From NCBI GenBank assembly GCA_000217635.1, contig CP001817.1:30001-62000 (forward strand): a stretch of 32,000 nucleotides of DNA. The letters run 5' to 3'. Shown one piece after another: positions 1 through 11,152 of the stretch (positions are counted from its first letter, which is position 1; every line of letters starts with the position of its first letter). The DNA comes from Candidatus Saccharimonadota bacterium (GTDB taxonomy: Bacteria; Pseudomonadota; Gammaproteobacteria; Enterobacterales; Enterobacteriaceae). A program made the translations under genes and the position numbers. The notes under the pieces are model-generated. The model searched no databases. It was not told the DNA's origin and saw only the letters and a list, made by a program, of their open reading frames with translations.

Positions 1-148
1 TTTTTTTTACAGGAGTGCTATTCATTGTATCTAGTGAAATTACTGATGATACATTAAATTTTTTTTCTATTTCAGTGATTAATTGTGAAATATTTTGTAC
101 TGACATTTCAGATAAAGCGTTAAGAATTTGTTCATTAGTAAGTGACAT
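1..148 (-). CDS. rplL: 50S ribosomal protein L7/L12, 5' part only (gene continues past the left edge)
   Basis: Minus-strand ATG at 148..146. Hand translation gives MSLTNEQILNALSEMSVQNISQLITEIEKKFNVS..., which aligns with the E. coli L7/L12 N-terminus ([34 protein letters not shown]). It lies directly downstream of rplJ, as in the rplKAJL operon. Confidence 0.9.
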   Translation of the reverse strand, partial: MSLTNEQILNALSEMSVQNISQLITEIEKKFNVSSVISLDTMNSTPVKK

Positions 149-188
149 AATGTTATTCCTAATAATTATATAATGTATATTTTAATAA

Positions 189-689
189 TTAAGTTTGATC
201 TTTTTTATTTTTACAGATAGCATTTAGTGTTCTTAATAATTTTCCTATAGAAACTTCTTTTAGTATTATTATAAATTTTGTTAATATTTCTTCATACGTT
301 GGCAGTATAGCTAATTGTTCTATTTCTTGAAGTGATAATATTTTTTTTTCAAATATTGCTGTTATAATTTTAAATTTTGTATTGTTTTCAGTAAATTTTT
401 TAAATAATCGACTAGCGCTTCCGGGGTGTTTCATAGAAAAAGCGATTAATGTTGGTCCTTTTAAAATATTAATTAATTGTGAAAAATTGGTATTTTTTAA
501 GGATTTTTTTAATAATGTATTTCTTATTACGGACATCTCGATATTTAATTCGCGTGCTTGCCGTCTTAAATCATTCATTTCATTTACTGTAATTTTTGAA
601 ATATCAGCTGTAATAGCAGACAATGCGGATTTAGCAATATTATGATTTTTTTTTATAATTTCTTTTTTATTATTAAAATTTAATACCAT
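189..689 (-). CDS. rplJ: 50S ribosomal protein L10
   Basis: 166-aa ORF. VIRNTLLKK, GPTLIAFS and LPTYEE match E. coli L10 (VVRNTLLRR, GPTLIAYS, LPTYEE). The operon position fits. Confidence 0.95.
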   Translation of the reverse strand: MVLNFNNKKEIIKKNHNIAKSALSAITADISKITVNEMNDLRRQARELNIEMSVIRNTLLKKSLKNTNFSQLINILKGPTLIAFSMKHPGSASRLFKKFTENNTKFKIITAIFEKKILSLQEIEQLAILPTYEEILTKFIIILKEVSIGKLLRTLNAICKNKKDQT

Positions 690-885
690 ATTATTATTCC
701 GTTTTCTTCTTATATAAAATAGTTATAATCTGTTATAAATTTAAGATTTACAATTTTAAAAATTAAATTAAATATTTATTAATATAGTACGATGTATTTT
801 ATGTAAAATTATTAATAATATTTTTTATTAACTTTTCATTTTTGTATATACGGAAAATTGATACATGGAATATATATGACGTGTT

Positions 886-1575
886 TTATAGTGATAGATG
901 GTCGATTATTATTCCTGGACCCATAGTACTAGATAAACTTATTTTTTTACAATAAATTCCTTTTAATTGGTTTGGTTTTGATTTTTTAATTGCATTAAAT
1001 AATATTTTTAAATTTTGATATAATTGTGTCGTAGAAAAATTTATTTTACCAAAGCTGCTATGAATGATTCCATTTTTGTCATTTCTATAGTTAATTTTAC
1101 CAATTTTAGCTTCTTGAATTGATTTTTCTATATTTTCTGTCACAGTTCCGAATTTAGGGTTTGGCATAATACCACGAGGACCTAAAATTGGTCCTAATTT
1201 ACTAACAATATTCATTGTATCTGGAGAGGCAATCACAACATCAAATTTTGTTTTGTTTTTTTTAATAATATCAGCTAACTCTTCAGTTCCTACCGCATCT
1301 ACATTTAACATTTTAGCTATTTCTGCATTTTTTCCGGTTGCAAAAACAGCAATTTTTGATTTTTTTCCTGTTCCATAAGGTAATAATATAGAGCCACGGA
1401 TATTTTGTTCTGATTTTTTTGTATTTATATTAATATGAAATGCGGCATCAATACTTTCATTAAATTTAGCAAGTTGTAGATTTTTTAAAAGTTTTATTCC
1501 TTCTTTAACGGGATATATTTTATTAGTTTTTATATGTTGGCGGTTATTTTTTATTTTTTTGGATAAATTTTTCAT
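886..1575 (-). CDS. rplA: 50S ribosomal protein L1
   Basis: 229-aa ORF. FDVVIASPD, LGPRGIMPNPKFGTVT and YRNDKNGIIH match E. coli L1 nearly residue for residue. Confidence 0.96.
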   Translation of the reverse strand: MKNLSKKIKNNRQHIKTNKIYPVKEGIKLLKNLQLAKFNESIDAAFHININTKKSEQNIRGSILLPYGTGKKSKIAVFATGKNAEIAKMLNVDAVGTEELADIIKKNKTKFDVVIASPDTMNIVSKLGPILGPRGIMPNPKFGTVTENIEKSIQEAKIGKINYRNDKNGIIHSSFGKINFSTTQLYQNLKILFNAIKKSKPNQLKGIYCKKISLSSTMGPGIIIDHLSL

Positions 1576-1578
1576 ATA

Positions 1579-2010
1579 TCATTCCTTTATCACTTTGATA
1601 CCCATAGAATGAGCAGTTCCTTCAATAGATTTTGCTATTTGTTCGATATTTTTTCCTGTCATATCCTTTTTTTTTAAGTTAGCAATTTCATAGATTTTAT
1701 TTTTTGTTATGGTACCTATTATTTCATGTTTTGGTTTTTTCGATGCCTTTTTAATGTTCATCATTTTTTTTAATAAAACTGATGCTGGTGGAGTTTTTAA
1801 AATAAATGTAAATGTTTTATCTGCATAAACTGTAATAATTACTGGAGTTGGAATACCTTTTTCAAGATGTGCTGTTTTTGTATTAAAAATTTTACAGAAT
1901 TCCATAATGTTTACTCCTTTCTGTCCTAACGCGGGACCTACAGGAGGGCTGGGGTTAGCCATGCCAGACAATATTTGTAATTTTATATATGAATTTATTT
2001 TTTTGATCAT
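1579..2010 (-). CDS. rplK: 50S ribosomal protein L11
   Basis: 143-aa [27 protein letters not shown] matches the L11 N-terminal domain. It lies 3 nt upstream of the rplA start. Confidence 0.96.
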   Translation of the reverse strand: MIKKINSYIKLQILSGMANPSPPVGPALGQKGVNIMEFCKIFNTKTAHLEKGIPTPVIITVYADKTFTFILKTPPASVLLKKMMNIKKASKKPKHEIIGTITKNKIYEIANLKKKDMTGKNIEQIAKSIEGTAHSMGIKVIKE

Positions 2011-2111
2011 AAATTTTCCAAAAATAATTGGTTATTTAATAATATAATCTAATATTTAAGTGTGTTAAATATATATTTCATAATATGAATAGACTCTAGA
2101 ATTTTGTTTTT

Positions 2112-2654
2112 TTAATTGTTTTTTTCTACTTGTTCGAAACTTAACTCAACCGGAGTGGATCTTCCAAATATTGATACTGAAACTTTTAAGCGATTTTTTT
2201 CATAATCTACTGTTTCTACAATGCCATTAAAATCTGAAAATGGACCATCATTAACACGTATATTTTCTCCAGGTTCAAAAATAGTTTTTGGTCTAGGTTT
2301 ATTTCCGATTTTTTTTAATTTTATTAGAATTTTATTTATTTCTTGATCACTGATGGGGGTAGGTTTATCAGAAGTACCTCCAATAAATCCTAAAACTTTT
2401 GGAACATCTCGTATTAAATGCCAACTAAAATCATTCATTACCATATTTATTAATATATATCCTGGAAAAAATTTATACTCACTTTTAATTCGTTTGCCTT
2501 TTTTTACTTCTATTACTTCTTCAGAAGGAATCATAATTTTTCCAATGATATCTTCTAACTTTTTTGATTTTATATGTTCTTGTATTGATTGTGCGACACG
2601 ATTTTCAAAACCAGAAAAAGACTGTAATACGTACCATTTTTTTTTTAAACACAT
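2112..2654 (-). CDS. nusG: transcription termination/antitermination factor NusG
   Basis: 180-aa [28 protein letters not shown] aligns with E. coli [25 protein letters not shown], and a C-terminal KOW-like region is present. It follows secE as in E. coli. Confidence 0.95.
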   Translation of the reverse strand: MCLKKKWYVLQSFSGFENRVAQSIQEHIKSKKLEDIIGKIMIPSEEVIEVKKGKRIKSEYKFFPGYILINMVMNDFSWHLIRDVPKVLGFIGGTSDKPTPISDQEINKILIKLKKIGNKPRPKTIFEPGENIRVNDGPFSDFNGIVETVDYEKNRLKVSVSIFGRSTPVELSFEQVEKNN

Positions 2655-2659
2655 ACTAT

Positions 2660-3058
2660 CTATCTTATAACCTCAACTGAATAATCCATGATATTAAATG
2701 CATTAAAAAAATTATCTAATATCCATAACATTAACGATAGTAGAGCGGTAATTATAATGACAATTAATGTTGTTTTTAAGGAATCTATTTTTTTAGGTAT
2801 AATAATATTTTTAAGTTCATTTTTAGATTCTTGAAGAAAAATAAGATATTTTTTTCCAATTTTTGTAAAAAAGAATATACTACTAATACATAAAACAGTT
2901 AATGCTCCATAAATTATACTCTTTATTTTTGTCGAGTTCATTTTATTTTCAAATGAATAGTTTGATAAAATCAAAATAAATATTAATATAATACTGCACC
3001 ACTTTATTTTTTCTATATGACGATATATATATTTTTTATATATTTTTTGGATATACAT
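2660..3058 (-). CDS. secE: preprotein translocase subunit SecE
   Basis: 132-aa ORF with three hydrophobic segments. [20 protein letters not shown] aligns with E. coli SecE TM3 ([20 protein letters not shown]). It lies upstream of nusG. Confidence 0.9.
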   Translation of the reverse strand: MYIQKIYKKYIYRHIEKIKWCSIILIFILILSNYSFENKMNSTKIKSIIYGALTVLCISSIFFFTKIGKKYLIFLQESKNELKNIIIPKKIDSLKTTLIVIIITALLSLMLWILDNFFNAFNIMDYSVEVIR

Positions 3059-3266
3059 ATTTTTTTATCCTAAAGAAGAAAATAACTTTTGCGCATAATA
3101 TGTTATTTATTTAAAATAAAATAAAATAATATTAAATAAGGGTTTTTTAAAAAATATATGAATGATTTTAAAAATCTTGTATTTTTTTTACAGTAGTGAT
3201 GTATTTTGATATTTATAAGAAGTTTTTTAGATGTTGTAGGAGAACGTATAAAGTTTTATTTTTTAT

Positions 3267-3340
3267 TGCTGATACCTAGAATTGAACTAGGGACCTCATC
3301 CCTACCATGGATGTGCTCTACCAATCTGAGCTATATCAGC
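3267..3340 (-). tRNA. thrT: tRNA-Thr (anticodon GGU)
   Basis: The reverse complement GCTGATATAGCTCAGATTGGTAGAGCACATCCATGGTAGGGATGAGGTCCCTAGTTCAATTCTAGGTATCAGCA folds as a cloverleaf. Anticodon stem is CATCC/GGATG and loop is AT-GGT-AG. No CCA is encoded (the next bases are ATA). Confidence 0.93.
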
Positions 3341-3375
3341 ATATATAATAATTTTTTTAATTTACGCTGATTTTT

Positions 3376-3447
3376 AGCGGACAGTGGGGATCGAACCCAC
3401 ATTATCAGCTTGGAAGGCTGAAGTAATATCCATTATACGATGTCCGC
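3376..3447 (-). tRNA. glyT: tRNA-Gly (anticodon UCC)
   Basis: The reverse complement GCGGACATCGTATAATGGATATTACTTCAGCCTTCCAAGCTGATAATGTGGGTTCGATCCCCACTGTCCGCT is nearly identical in layout to E. coli glyT. Anticodon stem is TCAGC/GCTGA and loop is CT-TCC-AA. No CCA is encoded. Confidence 0.93.
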
Positions 3448-3476
3448 ATGATATAATATAGTATATTGGTTTTTTT

Positions 3477-3558
3477 TGGTGGGAGAAGGATTCGAACCTT
3501 CGAAGTCTATGACGTCAGATTTACAGTCTGCTCCCTTTAACCACTCGGGCATCCCACC
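3477..3558 (-). tRNA. tyrU: tRNA-Tyr (anticodon GUA), long variable arm
   Basis: The reverse complement GGTGGGATGCCCGAGTGGTTAAAGGGAGCAGACTGTAAATCTGACGTCATAGACTTCGAAGGTTCGAATCCTTCTCCCACCA has anticodon loop CT-GTA-AA and a class II variable arm. No CCA is encoded. Confidence 0.93.
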
Positions 3559-3560
3559 TT

Positions 3561-3633
<73 letters not shown>

Positions 3634-4441
3634 TTTTTTAAAAAATCCTATTTCTTTTTACTATAGAAATTATTATATTATTGAATAATATTTAATTATC
3701 ATATTTATTTTAATAAAAGTCAACTTTTTTTTATTTTTAGATAATATTAAAAATTTTTAATATATATATTTCAATATAAGATATTTATATTATAAATATA
3801 TATTTATATGATAGTTAATATATATAATATATAATCTTTTTTATAATATAAAATTTTATCTATCAGAATATTGATATATTATAAGTCAATAGTAATTTGA
3901 TTTGTTCTATAAATTTATATTATATATTTATATAATTTATATTATTAAAATATCTATTTTTATTATTTTTTTATATATTTAATAAACTTACTTAATATTT
4001 ATTTTTTTATATAAAAATTTATATTAAAATATGTCTAATTAATTATTTGATTAATTGAATTAAGAAATTTTATTTTAATCATTTTTTTAAGAATAATTAT
4101 CTTATAATTAACAATTAATATACCAATTATTATTTTTTTAATAAATATATTTTGAAAAGTTTTATATGAATATAATAGTATTCTTACAAAAAAATTTTAT
4201 GTATTAAATATATAATAAGGTATTTTTTTATAAATTAATATATTTTAAATTTTTTAATAATATTAGTTTGGTTAATAATTCTATTTTACTTTAATTATTT
4301 ATGATTTTTTGCTTTTTTAATATTTTATAATATAAGTTTTATATAATAAATAAAAATTACTTGTATAATTAATGAAATTATTCTTGATTTTTTATTTGTT
4401 AATAATAGTAATAGAATTTTTTTCCATTTAATGAGGTATTT

Positions 4442-5322
4442 ATGCATGATAAAATTTTTAATTTAATAGAATGTAAAAAAGATGTAATAAATTTAAAAAA
4501 TAAAATACAGATATCTTTTGAATTTTTTCCTCCGAAAAATACTGCAATTGATTTATTATTTATCAATTCTATAAGAAAATTAAAAAGTTTTAATCCGAAT
4601 TTTTTTTCTGTGACCCACAGTGTAAATACACTTAATAAAAACGATACTTTTATGATTGTACAAAAAATAAGAAAAATGTTTACAGAGATTACTGTGGCGC
4701 CTCATTTAACTAGTATCGGTTATACTACTACTGATTTAAGAAATATAGCAATAAAATACTGGGCTAAGGGAATAAAAAATATTGTTGCTTTACGGGGGGA
4801 TATACCTCTTAATTATAGAGGGGATAAGATCTATGCTGTAGATTTAATAAAACAATTAAAATACATTGCAGATTTTAATATTTTTGTTGCGGCTTATCCT
4901 GAAATTCATCCCGAAGCGGTTAGTTCAAAACATGATTTAATAAATTTAAAAAATAAAATGGATGTTGGAGCAGAACATGCAATTACACAATTTTTTTTTA
5001 GTATAGAAAAATTTTTACGATTTCGTGATAATTGTCATAAAAATCATATATATATTGATATAATTCCGGGTATTTTACCTATATTAGATATTCAACAATT
5101 AAAGAAGTTTTCAAATATGACTAATGTATATATTCCAAAATATATTTTGGATATTTTTAATAAAAATATTATGGATAAAAAAAATGTACATTAATAAGTA
5201 TTAATATAGCTGTGAATATTATTTTACGGTTATATCAAGAAGGCATAAGAAAATTTCATTTTTATACATTAAACCGTTCAGAACTAAGTATAGGTATATG
5301 TCAGCGTTTAGGTTTAATATAA
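4442..5322 (+). CDS. metF: 5,10-methylenetetrahydrofolate reductase, interrupted by a frameshift in an A8 tract (5177-5184); track ORF ends at 5194
   Basis: Residues 1-250 align along E. coli MetF (SFEFFPP, APHLT, IVALRGD, VAAYPExHPEA, AITQFFF, IIPGILP). After the A8 tract the -1 frame reads [45 protein letters not shown], matching the E. coli C-terminus ([42 protein letters not shown]). Confidence 0.9.
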
Positions 5323-6231
5323 TATTTTTATAAGATATTAATTTTTATTTAATATTAAATAAGTTTTAAAAAAGTATTATTTTAAGATTTAAAGATATAT
5401 TTATTATTAAATTTATTATATTAGTCAATTTTTTTTCTCTTTTTTATTAAATAAAATTTATTTATTAAATATTTATAAAAATAAGATTTTTAAAAAATTA
5501 AGTATTTTATTAAGTATTTTAAAAATAATTAATTTTCATTAATATGATAAACATTTAATATTAATTTTGATAATATTAGTTATGTTTATTAAAAAATTAA
5601 AATGTTTTTTTAAAAAAAATAGTAATTAGATAGTATTCCTATTTTTTTGAATATATTATTTAATTTTTATTTGATAAAACTTTATATTCTAAAAATATAT
5701 TCATTATTGAAGATAATAATTTATTATTTCAATGTATTTTTAATTAATAAAAAAATAGAATTATTTATTATGTTAATTTTGATAAATGATTTTATTTATA
5801 TCAGATGTTTTTTCAGAGGTATCAATATTATATAGATCTATTATATTATTTTTTTAATTTTTTTTAAAAGAAAATTTTTTACTTATAAATTGAATTATTT
5901 TTGATAATTTTTAAGTAAAATATAAGTCTATTTGAGATAATATAAATATATTCAATTTTTATCTAGTTTAAATAAATTAAGTATAGTAAAAATAATATAA
6001 ATTACATCATGAAAAATTTAGATTTTTGTTTTTTTAAGATAAGATTATAAATTTATAGAAAATAATATAATTATTATTTTTTATTATGAACATATAATTT
6101 TTTTATATTAAGGTAAACTATTAAATAATTCATTAAAAATTTTTATAAAATAATATTGATTGCTTTTATTATTTTATTTTTTTTCTAGAATTTAGATTCT
6201 TATTTTTTATAGATAATTTATAGGGTAAAAA

Positions 6232-7506
6232 ATGCATATACAGGATAACAAGAAAGGTACAATTGTTTTAGCGTATTCAGGTGGCTTAGATACATCAGCT
6301 ATTATTCCGTGGATTAAAGAAAATTATAATTTTAATGTAGTTGCATTTGTTGCAGATATAGGGCAATCAAAAAAGGATTTAAAAGGTATTAAAGAAAAAG
6401 CTATTATGTCTGGAGCTTTAGATTGTTATATTGCAGATTTAAAAAATGAATTTGTAGAACAATATGTATATCCAATGTTGTCAGTAGGCGCTTTGTATGA
6501 AGGTAATTATTTATTGGGCACTGCAATTGCTCGTCCATTGATTGCAAAAGCACAATTAAATTATGCTAAAAAAATTAATGCGGTAGGATTAAGTCATGGT
6601 GCTACTGGCAAAGGAAATGATCAAGTACGTTTTGAATTAGCATATACTGCTTTAGATCCTACTTTACAAATTATAGCTCCTTGGCGCGAGTGGATTTTTA
6701 GGTCTAGAGAAGATTTATTAAAAATATTTAAAAGAAAAAATATTAGTACCACAGCTAGTATTACCAAGATATATAGTAAAGATGAAAACATTTTTCATAT
6801 TTCTACAGAAGGAGGAATTTTAGAAGATCCGTGGAATACTGCTAGTAATGATTGCTGGAGTTGGACTACTAATCCTCATAATGCACCAAAACATCCTGAA
6901 GAAATCCATTTAAATATTAAAAGTGGACGTGTAATATCAATTAATGGAAAAAAATTGAATCCTTATAAATGTTTAAAAAAATTAAATAAATTAGGATCAA
7001 AACACGCAATCGGTCGTATTGATATTATAGAAAATCGTTTAGTAGGTATGAAATCGAGAGGTTGTTACGAGACTCCTGGAGGCACAATAATTTATCAAGC
7101 ACTTAGGGCATTAGAGCAATTAACATTAGATCGCGAAAGTATACATTGGAAAAATAAAATTGCATTAGAAATGTCAATGTTAATTTATGATGGTCGTTGG
7201 TTTACACCTTTAAGAGATTGCCTGCAAAAATCTTCAGATATTTTTTCACAATATGTTGAAGGAGAAGTTATTATTGAACTATATAAAGGTTCAGTAATTA
7301 TTTTAAAAAAACGTTCATTTAATTCTTTATATTCTTCTAAATTTGCTACCTTTGGAAATGATAAAGTATATAATCAAAAAGATGCTCAAGGTTTTATTCG
7401 ATTACTTTCATTATCTTCGCGTATTAGAGCATTAAAAAATAAAAATAATATTTTTTTGGAGTATATATATGTCGCTTTGGGGTGGAAGATTTACGAAAGA
7501 TTCTGA
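6232..7506 (+). CDS. argG: argininosuccinate synthase (short, type I form); 3' end overlaps argH by 38 nt
   Basis: 424-aa ORF. The N-terminal [12 protein letters not shown]-pyrophosphatase motif is present, along with [31 protein letters not shown] and DGRWFTP. Confidence 0.94.
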   Translation: MHIQDNKKGTIVLAYSGGLDTSAIIPWIKENYNFNVVAFVADIGQSKKDLKGIKEKAIMSGALDCYIADLKNEFVEQYVYPMLSVGALYEGNYLLGTAIARPLIAKAQLNYAKKINAVGLSHGATGKGNDQVRFELAYTALDPTLQIIAPWREWIFRSREDLLKIFKRKNISTTASITKIYSKDENIFHISTEGGILEDPWNTASNDCWSWTTNPHNAPKHPEEIHLNIKSGRVISINGKKLNPYKCLKKLNKLGSKHAIGRIDIIENRLVGMKSRGCYETPGGTIIYQALRALEQLTLDRESIHWKNKIALEMSMLIYDGRWFTPLRDCLQKSSDIFSQYVEGEVIIELYKGSVIILKKRSFNSLYSSKFATFGNDKVYNQKDAQGFIRLLSLSSRIRALKNKNNIFLEYIYVALGWKIYERF

Positions 7507-8866
7507 TAAAAAATTTAAAAATTTTAATAATTCATTGTCTGTTGATTATCGTTTAGTTGAAGAAGACATTATATCTTCCATTGCGTGGTCAAGAATATTA
7601 CTTGATATTGGTATTTTAACTGATATAGATCAGAAATTAATCGAAAAAACGTTATCTCAGATTTTAAAAGATAATATTGATGATACAAACAAAATATTGT
7701 CTTCTCAAGCAGAAGATATTCATAGTTGGTTAGAAACAACGTTGATTAATAAATTAGGTTCTTTAGGAAAAAAATTATATACTGGAAGAAGTAGAAATGA
7801 TCAAATTGCCACGACTTTAAAATTATGGTGTAAAAAGAAATTAAATCATATTTATATGTTAATTATCCAATTACAATCTGATTTTTTAGATCAAGCTACT
7901 ATTCATGTACACACGATTATGCCTGGTTATACGCATTTGCAGAGAGCACAGCCTATTACCTTTGCATTTTGGTGTCTTGCGTATATTGAAATGTTTGAAA
8001 GAGATAGAAAAAGAATCAAACAAGCTTTAAAAAATTCTGATTTTTCTCCTCTTGGGTCTGGTGCAATTTCTGGTACATCTTGGGTAATTAATAGAAAAAA
8101 ATTAGCGCAAATTATGGGTTTTGCAAATTGTACATCCAATGCTTTAGATAGCGTTTCAGATAGAGATTTTATTTTAGAAATTTTATCAGTTGCGTCTATT
8201 AGCATGATGCACTTATCAAGATTTTCTGAAGATTTAATTTTTTATAATTCAGGTGAAACGAATTTTATTGGTTTGTCTGATTCTATTACTTCAGGTTCAT
8301 CTTTAATGCCTCAAAAAAAAAATCCAGATATTTTAGAACTAATTCGAGGAAAATGTAGTGCAGTTTATGGTTCTTTATTTTCTATGTTTACTTTATTAAA
8401 GGGTTTACCTTTATCTTATAATAAAGATTTTCAGGAAGATAAAAAACATTTATTCTCTGCGTTAGATACTTGGGAAGATTGTTTAACAATGGCATCAGTT
8501 GTATTAAAAAATATTACTGTAAATATTGATATATGTAAACGTGCCGCAGAAAAAGGTTATAGTAATGCAACGGAAGTTGCGGACTATTTAGTGAATAAAG
8601 GAGTTTCGTTTCGAGATTCTCATGATATTGTTGGTCAAATTATTCTTGAAGCTATACGTTTAAATAAATCTTTAAAAAATTTAGATATCTCTGTATATCA
8701 AAAATATCATATTAATTTTTCTAATGATATTTATAAATGTTTAACATTAAAATCTTGTTTAGATAAAAGAAATTCATATGGCGGAGTGTCTTTTGAACAG
8801 ACAGAAAAATCTATTTGTTTTATTAAAAAAAGATTAAATAAAATAAAAAATATATTAAAAATTTAA
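7469..8866 (+). CDS. argH: argininosuccinate lyase
   Basis: 465-aa [32 protein letters not shown] aligns with E. coli [47 protein letters not shown] and [12 protein letters not shown] signature motifs are present. GGAG lies 7 nt upstream of the ATG. Confidence 0.96.
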   Translation: MSLWGGRFTKDSDKKFKNFNNSLSVDYRLVEEDIISSIAWSRILLDIGILTDIDQKLIEKTLSQILKDNIDDTNKILSSQAEDIHSWLETTLINKLGSLGKKLYTGRSRNDQIATTLKLWCKKKLNHIYMLIIQLQSDFLDQATIHVHTIMPGYTHLQRAQPITFAFWCLAYIEMFERDRKRIKQALKNSDFSPLGSGAISGTSWVINRKKLAQIMGFANCTSNALDSVSDRDFILEILSVASISMMHLSRFSEDLIFYNSGETNFIGLSDSITSGSSLMPQKKNPDILELIRGKCSAVYGSLFSMFTLLKGLPLSYNKDFQEDKKHLFSALDTWEDCLTMASVVLKNITVNIDICKRAAEKGYSNATEVADYLVNKGVSFRDSHDIVGQIILEAIRLNKSLKNLDISVYQKYHINFSNDIYKCLTLKSCLDKRNSYGGVSFEQTEKSICFIKKRLNKIKNILKI

Positions 8867-8894
8867 TAATGTTTAAAATAAAAATTTTATTTTA

Positions 8895-8929
8895 AATCAC
8901 GCGATATGTATCGCGTGATTATTTTATTA
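8895..8929 (+). terminator. Rho-independent terminator candidate downstream of argH
   Basis: Perfect 12-bp inverted repeat AATCACGCGATA / TATCGCGTGATT (8895-8906 and 8909-8920) with a tiny loop, followed by ATTTTATT. It is a conspicuous GC-containing island in AT-only DNA, 29 nt after the argH stop. Confidence 0.6.
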
Positions 8930-9307
8930 ATAAAATTAATTATAAGTAATATAATTTAATTTTTATAATATATCAAATATTTAATTATTAGATATTATTA
9001 TAATATAATGTAATATTTAAATAATTAATCTATTTAATTATTTTTTTATTAATTAATTATAAAAATTTATTTTTTATAATAAGATATTATATAATTTAAT
9101 TTTTTATTAGTAAATATTTCTTAAATTATGTATTCTTTTTTATTTAAGAATTGTTTAAAGTTATTAACTTTTTATGCTTTTTTTTGATTTTAAAATATAT
9201 TAAGTTATTCTAGAAATATAAAAAAATATATGTTTTTTACTAAATTATTATAACTTTTAATATTCATTGAATATATTTAGAATATTTTTTAATAAAAAAT
9301 TTATATA

Positions 9308-11152
9308 TTATGAATCATCTAAAAAACTTTTTAATATTTCTGATCTACTTGGATGTCTTAGTTTTCGTAATGCTTTTGCTTCAATTTGACGTATCCGTTC
9401 TCTTGTTACATCAAATTGTTTACCGACTTCTTCTAAAGTATGATCGGTATTCATATCAATTCCAAAACGCATTCGTAATACTTTTGCTTCTCTTGCAGTA
9501 AGTCCCGCTAATACATCATGGGTAATTGTTCTTAAACTTTCTGAAGTAGCTGATTCTAATGGTAATTCTAAATTTGTATCTTCAATAAAGTCGCCAAGAT
9601 GTGAATCATCGTCATCTCCTATAGGGGTTTCCATAGAAATCGGCTCCTTTGCAATCTTTAAGACTTTTCGAATTTTATCTTCTGGAATTAGCATTTTTTC
9701 TGATAACTCTTCTGGAGTCGGTTCTCGTCCTATCTCTTGTAACATATATCGTGAAATTCGATTTAATTTATTGATTGTTTCTATCATATGAACAGGAATT
9801 CGAATTGTTCTTGCTTGATCCGCTATAGATCGTGTGATTGCTTGTCGAATCCACCAGGTTGCATAAGTTGAAAATTTATAACCACGACGATACTCAAATT
9901 TATCTACGGCTTTCATTAATCCAATATTACCTTCTTGAATTAAATCTAAAAATTGTAAACCTCTATTTGTATATTTTTTAGCAATAGATATTACTAATCT
10001 TAAATTAGCTTCAACCATTTCTTTTTTGGCTCTTTTTGCTTTAATTTCTCCGCTAGACATACGTTTATTTATATCTTTTGCTTGCTCTATAGTTAATCCA
10101 ATTTTTTTTTCAATTATTAAAAGTTCTCTTAAAATTTTGAAGATATCATTTTGAAATTCACATAATTTAATAGACCAAGGTGCATTCATATTAATTGCAG
10201 CATAAAACCATTTTTGACTGGTTTCTTGTCCTTTAAAAAATTGTATAAAATTTTTTTTAGGCATTTTACAAATATCAACGCATACTTCTAAAATTTTTTT
10301 TCTTTTTTTTTGGATTTTTGAAAGAATATTTCGTATATTATTAACTAAATAATCAAATTGTTTTGGTGCTAAACGAAATTGTTTAAAGATTTCTGATAAT
10401 TCTTTGATAGCGGTGATAGCATTTTTATGGGTTCTATTTTTTGTTTTTATTATATAATTAGTAATATAATATTGAGTTTGTAATTGTAAAAATTTTTCTT
10501 TAGCAATATTTGGGTCAATAAGATTTTCTTCGTCTTGATCATTAGAAACAGGGTTAATATTTAGAGTTTTTATTTCTTTTTTTATAGTAGAATTATTTAA
10601 TACATCTATTGTTGTAATAGGAAATAAGGTATTTTCTATATTAGGATCAACAAATCCAGAAATGATTTCAGATAATTTTATATCTCCAGATTCTACTTTA
10701 TGGTATTGTTCTAAAAGATATGCGATTGCTTGTGGATATTCAGAAAAGGAGCTTTGTACTTGATTTACCCCTTCTTCAATACGTTTTGCGATATCTATTT
10801 CTCCTTCGCGTGTTAATAATTCTACAGTTCCCATTTCACGCATATACATTCGTATTGGGTCAGTGGTTCTGCCTAATTCTGTTTCAACATGCGAAAGAAC
10901 CTGTGCGGCTACTTCTACGGCGTCTTCATCAGTATCTGTTGGGGTTTCATTTAATATTAAATTACCAGCATCGCGGGCTTCTTCTACTACTTGGATTCCA
11001 AAATCTTTTATCATTTGTATGATATTTTTAATTTGATCAGAATTTATAATATCATCTGGAAGATGATCATGGATTTCTGCATAAGTAAGATAGCCCTGTT
11101 CTTTTCCGTGAGAGACAAGTATTTTTAGTTGTGAATGCGGTTTTTTTTCCAT
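9308..11152 (-). CDS. rpoD: RNA polymerase sigma-70 factor RpoD
   Basis: 614-aa ORF, collinear with E. coli RpoD. Regions 2-4 are almost identical ([97 protein letters not shown]). Confidence 0.98.
   Translation of the reverse strand: MEKKPHSQLKILVSHGKEQGYLTYAEIHDHLPDDIINSDQIKNIIQMIKDFGIQVVEEARDAGNLILNETPTDTDEDAVEVAAQVLSHVETELGRTTDPIRMYMREMGTVELLTREGEIDIAKRIEEGVNQVQSSFSEYPQAIAYLLEQYHKVESGDIKLSEIISGFVDPNIENTLFPITTIDVLNNSTIKKEIKTLNINPVSNDQDEENLIDPNIAKEKFLQLQTQYYITNYIIKTKNRTHKNAITAIKELSEIFKQFRLAPKQFDYLVNNIRNILSKIQKKRKKILEVCVDICKMPKKNFIQFFKGQETSQKWFYAAINMNAPWSIKLCEFQNDIFKILRELLIIEKKIGLTIEQAKDINKRMSSGEIKAKRAKKEMVEANLRLVISIAKKYTNRGLQFLDLIQEGNIGLMKAVDKFEYRRGYKFSTYATWWIRQAITRSIADQARTIRIPVHMIETINKLNRISRYMLQEIGREPTPEELSEKMLIPEDKIRKVLKIAKEPISMETPIGDDDDSHLGDFIEDTNLELPLESATSESLRTITHDVLAGLTAREAKVLRMRFGIDMNTDHTLEEVGKQFDVTRERIRQIEAKALRKLRHPSRSEILKSFLDDS

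Noticed and set aside
382-645. 87-aa plus-strand ORF
   Set aside because: It lies entirely antisense to the well-supported rplJ and has a low-complexity F/I/N-rich composition typical of shadow ORFs in AT-rich DNA.
690-885. Possible L10 (rplJ) autoregulatory leader, and an L1-binding leader upstream of rplK (2011-2111)
   Set aside because: These are expected from E. coli biology, but I could not identify the conserved structures by eye in this AT-rich sequence. They are not called.
2353-2670. 105-aa plus-strand ORF
   Set aside because: It is antisense to nusG and has no recognisable motifs.
3700-4400. Apparent short repeats (TTTATAT, TATAATATA and similar words) in the long spacers
   Set aside because: They are imperfect, unphased and expected by chance in near-pure A/T sequence. 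Only the exact 16-nt tandem at 21034-21065 was kept.
5647-5835. 62-aa ORF in the metF-argG spacer
   Set aside because: The composition is pure I/L/F/N/K/Y low complexity, there is no RBS, and it sits in AT-only DNA. It is most likely a chance ORF.
7927-8205. 92-aa minus-strand ORF
   Set aside because: It is antisense to argH, which is strongly supported.
9260-9280. Palindrome ATATTCATTGAATAT downstream of rpoD as a terminator
   Set aside because: It is an all-AT 7-bp stem with a 1-nt loop and would not form a stable hairpin.
9310-11022. Two plus-strand ORFs (9310-9501 and 10720-11022)
   Set aside because: Both are antisense shadows of rpoD.
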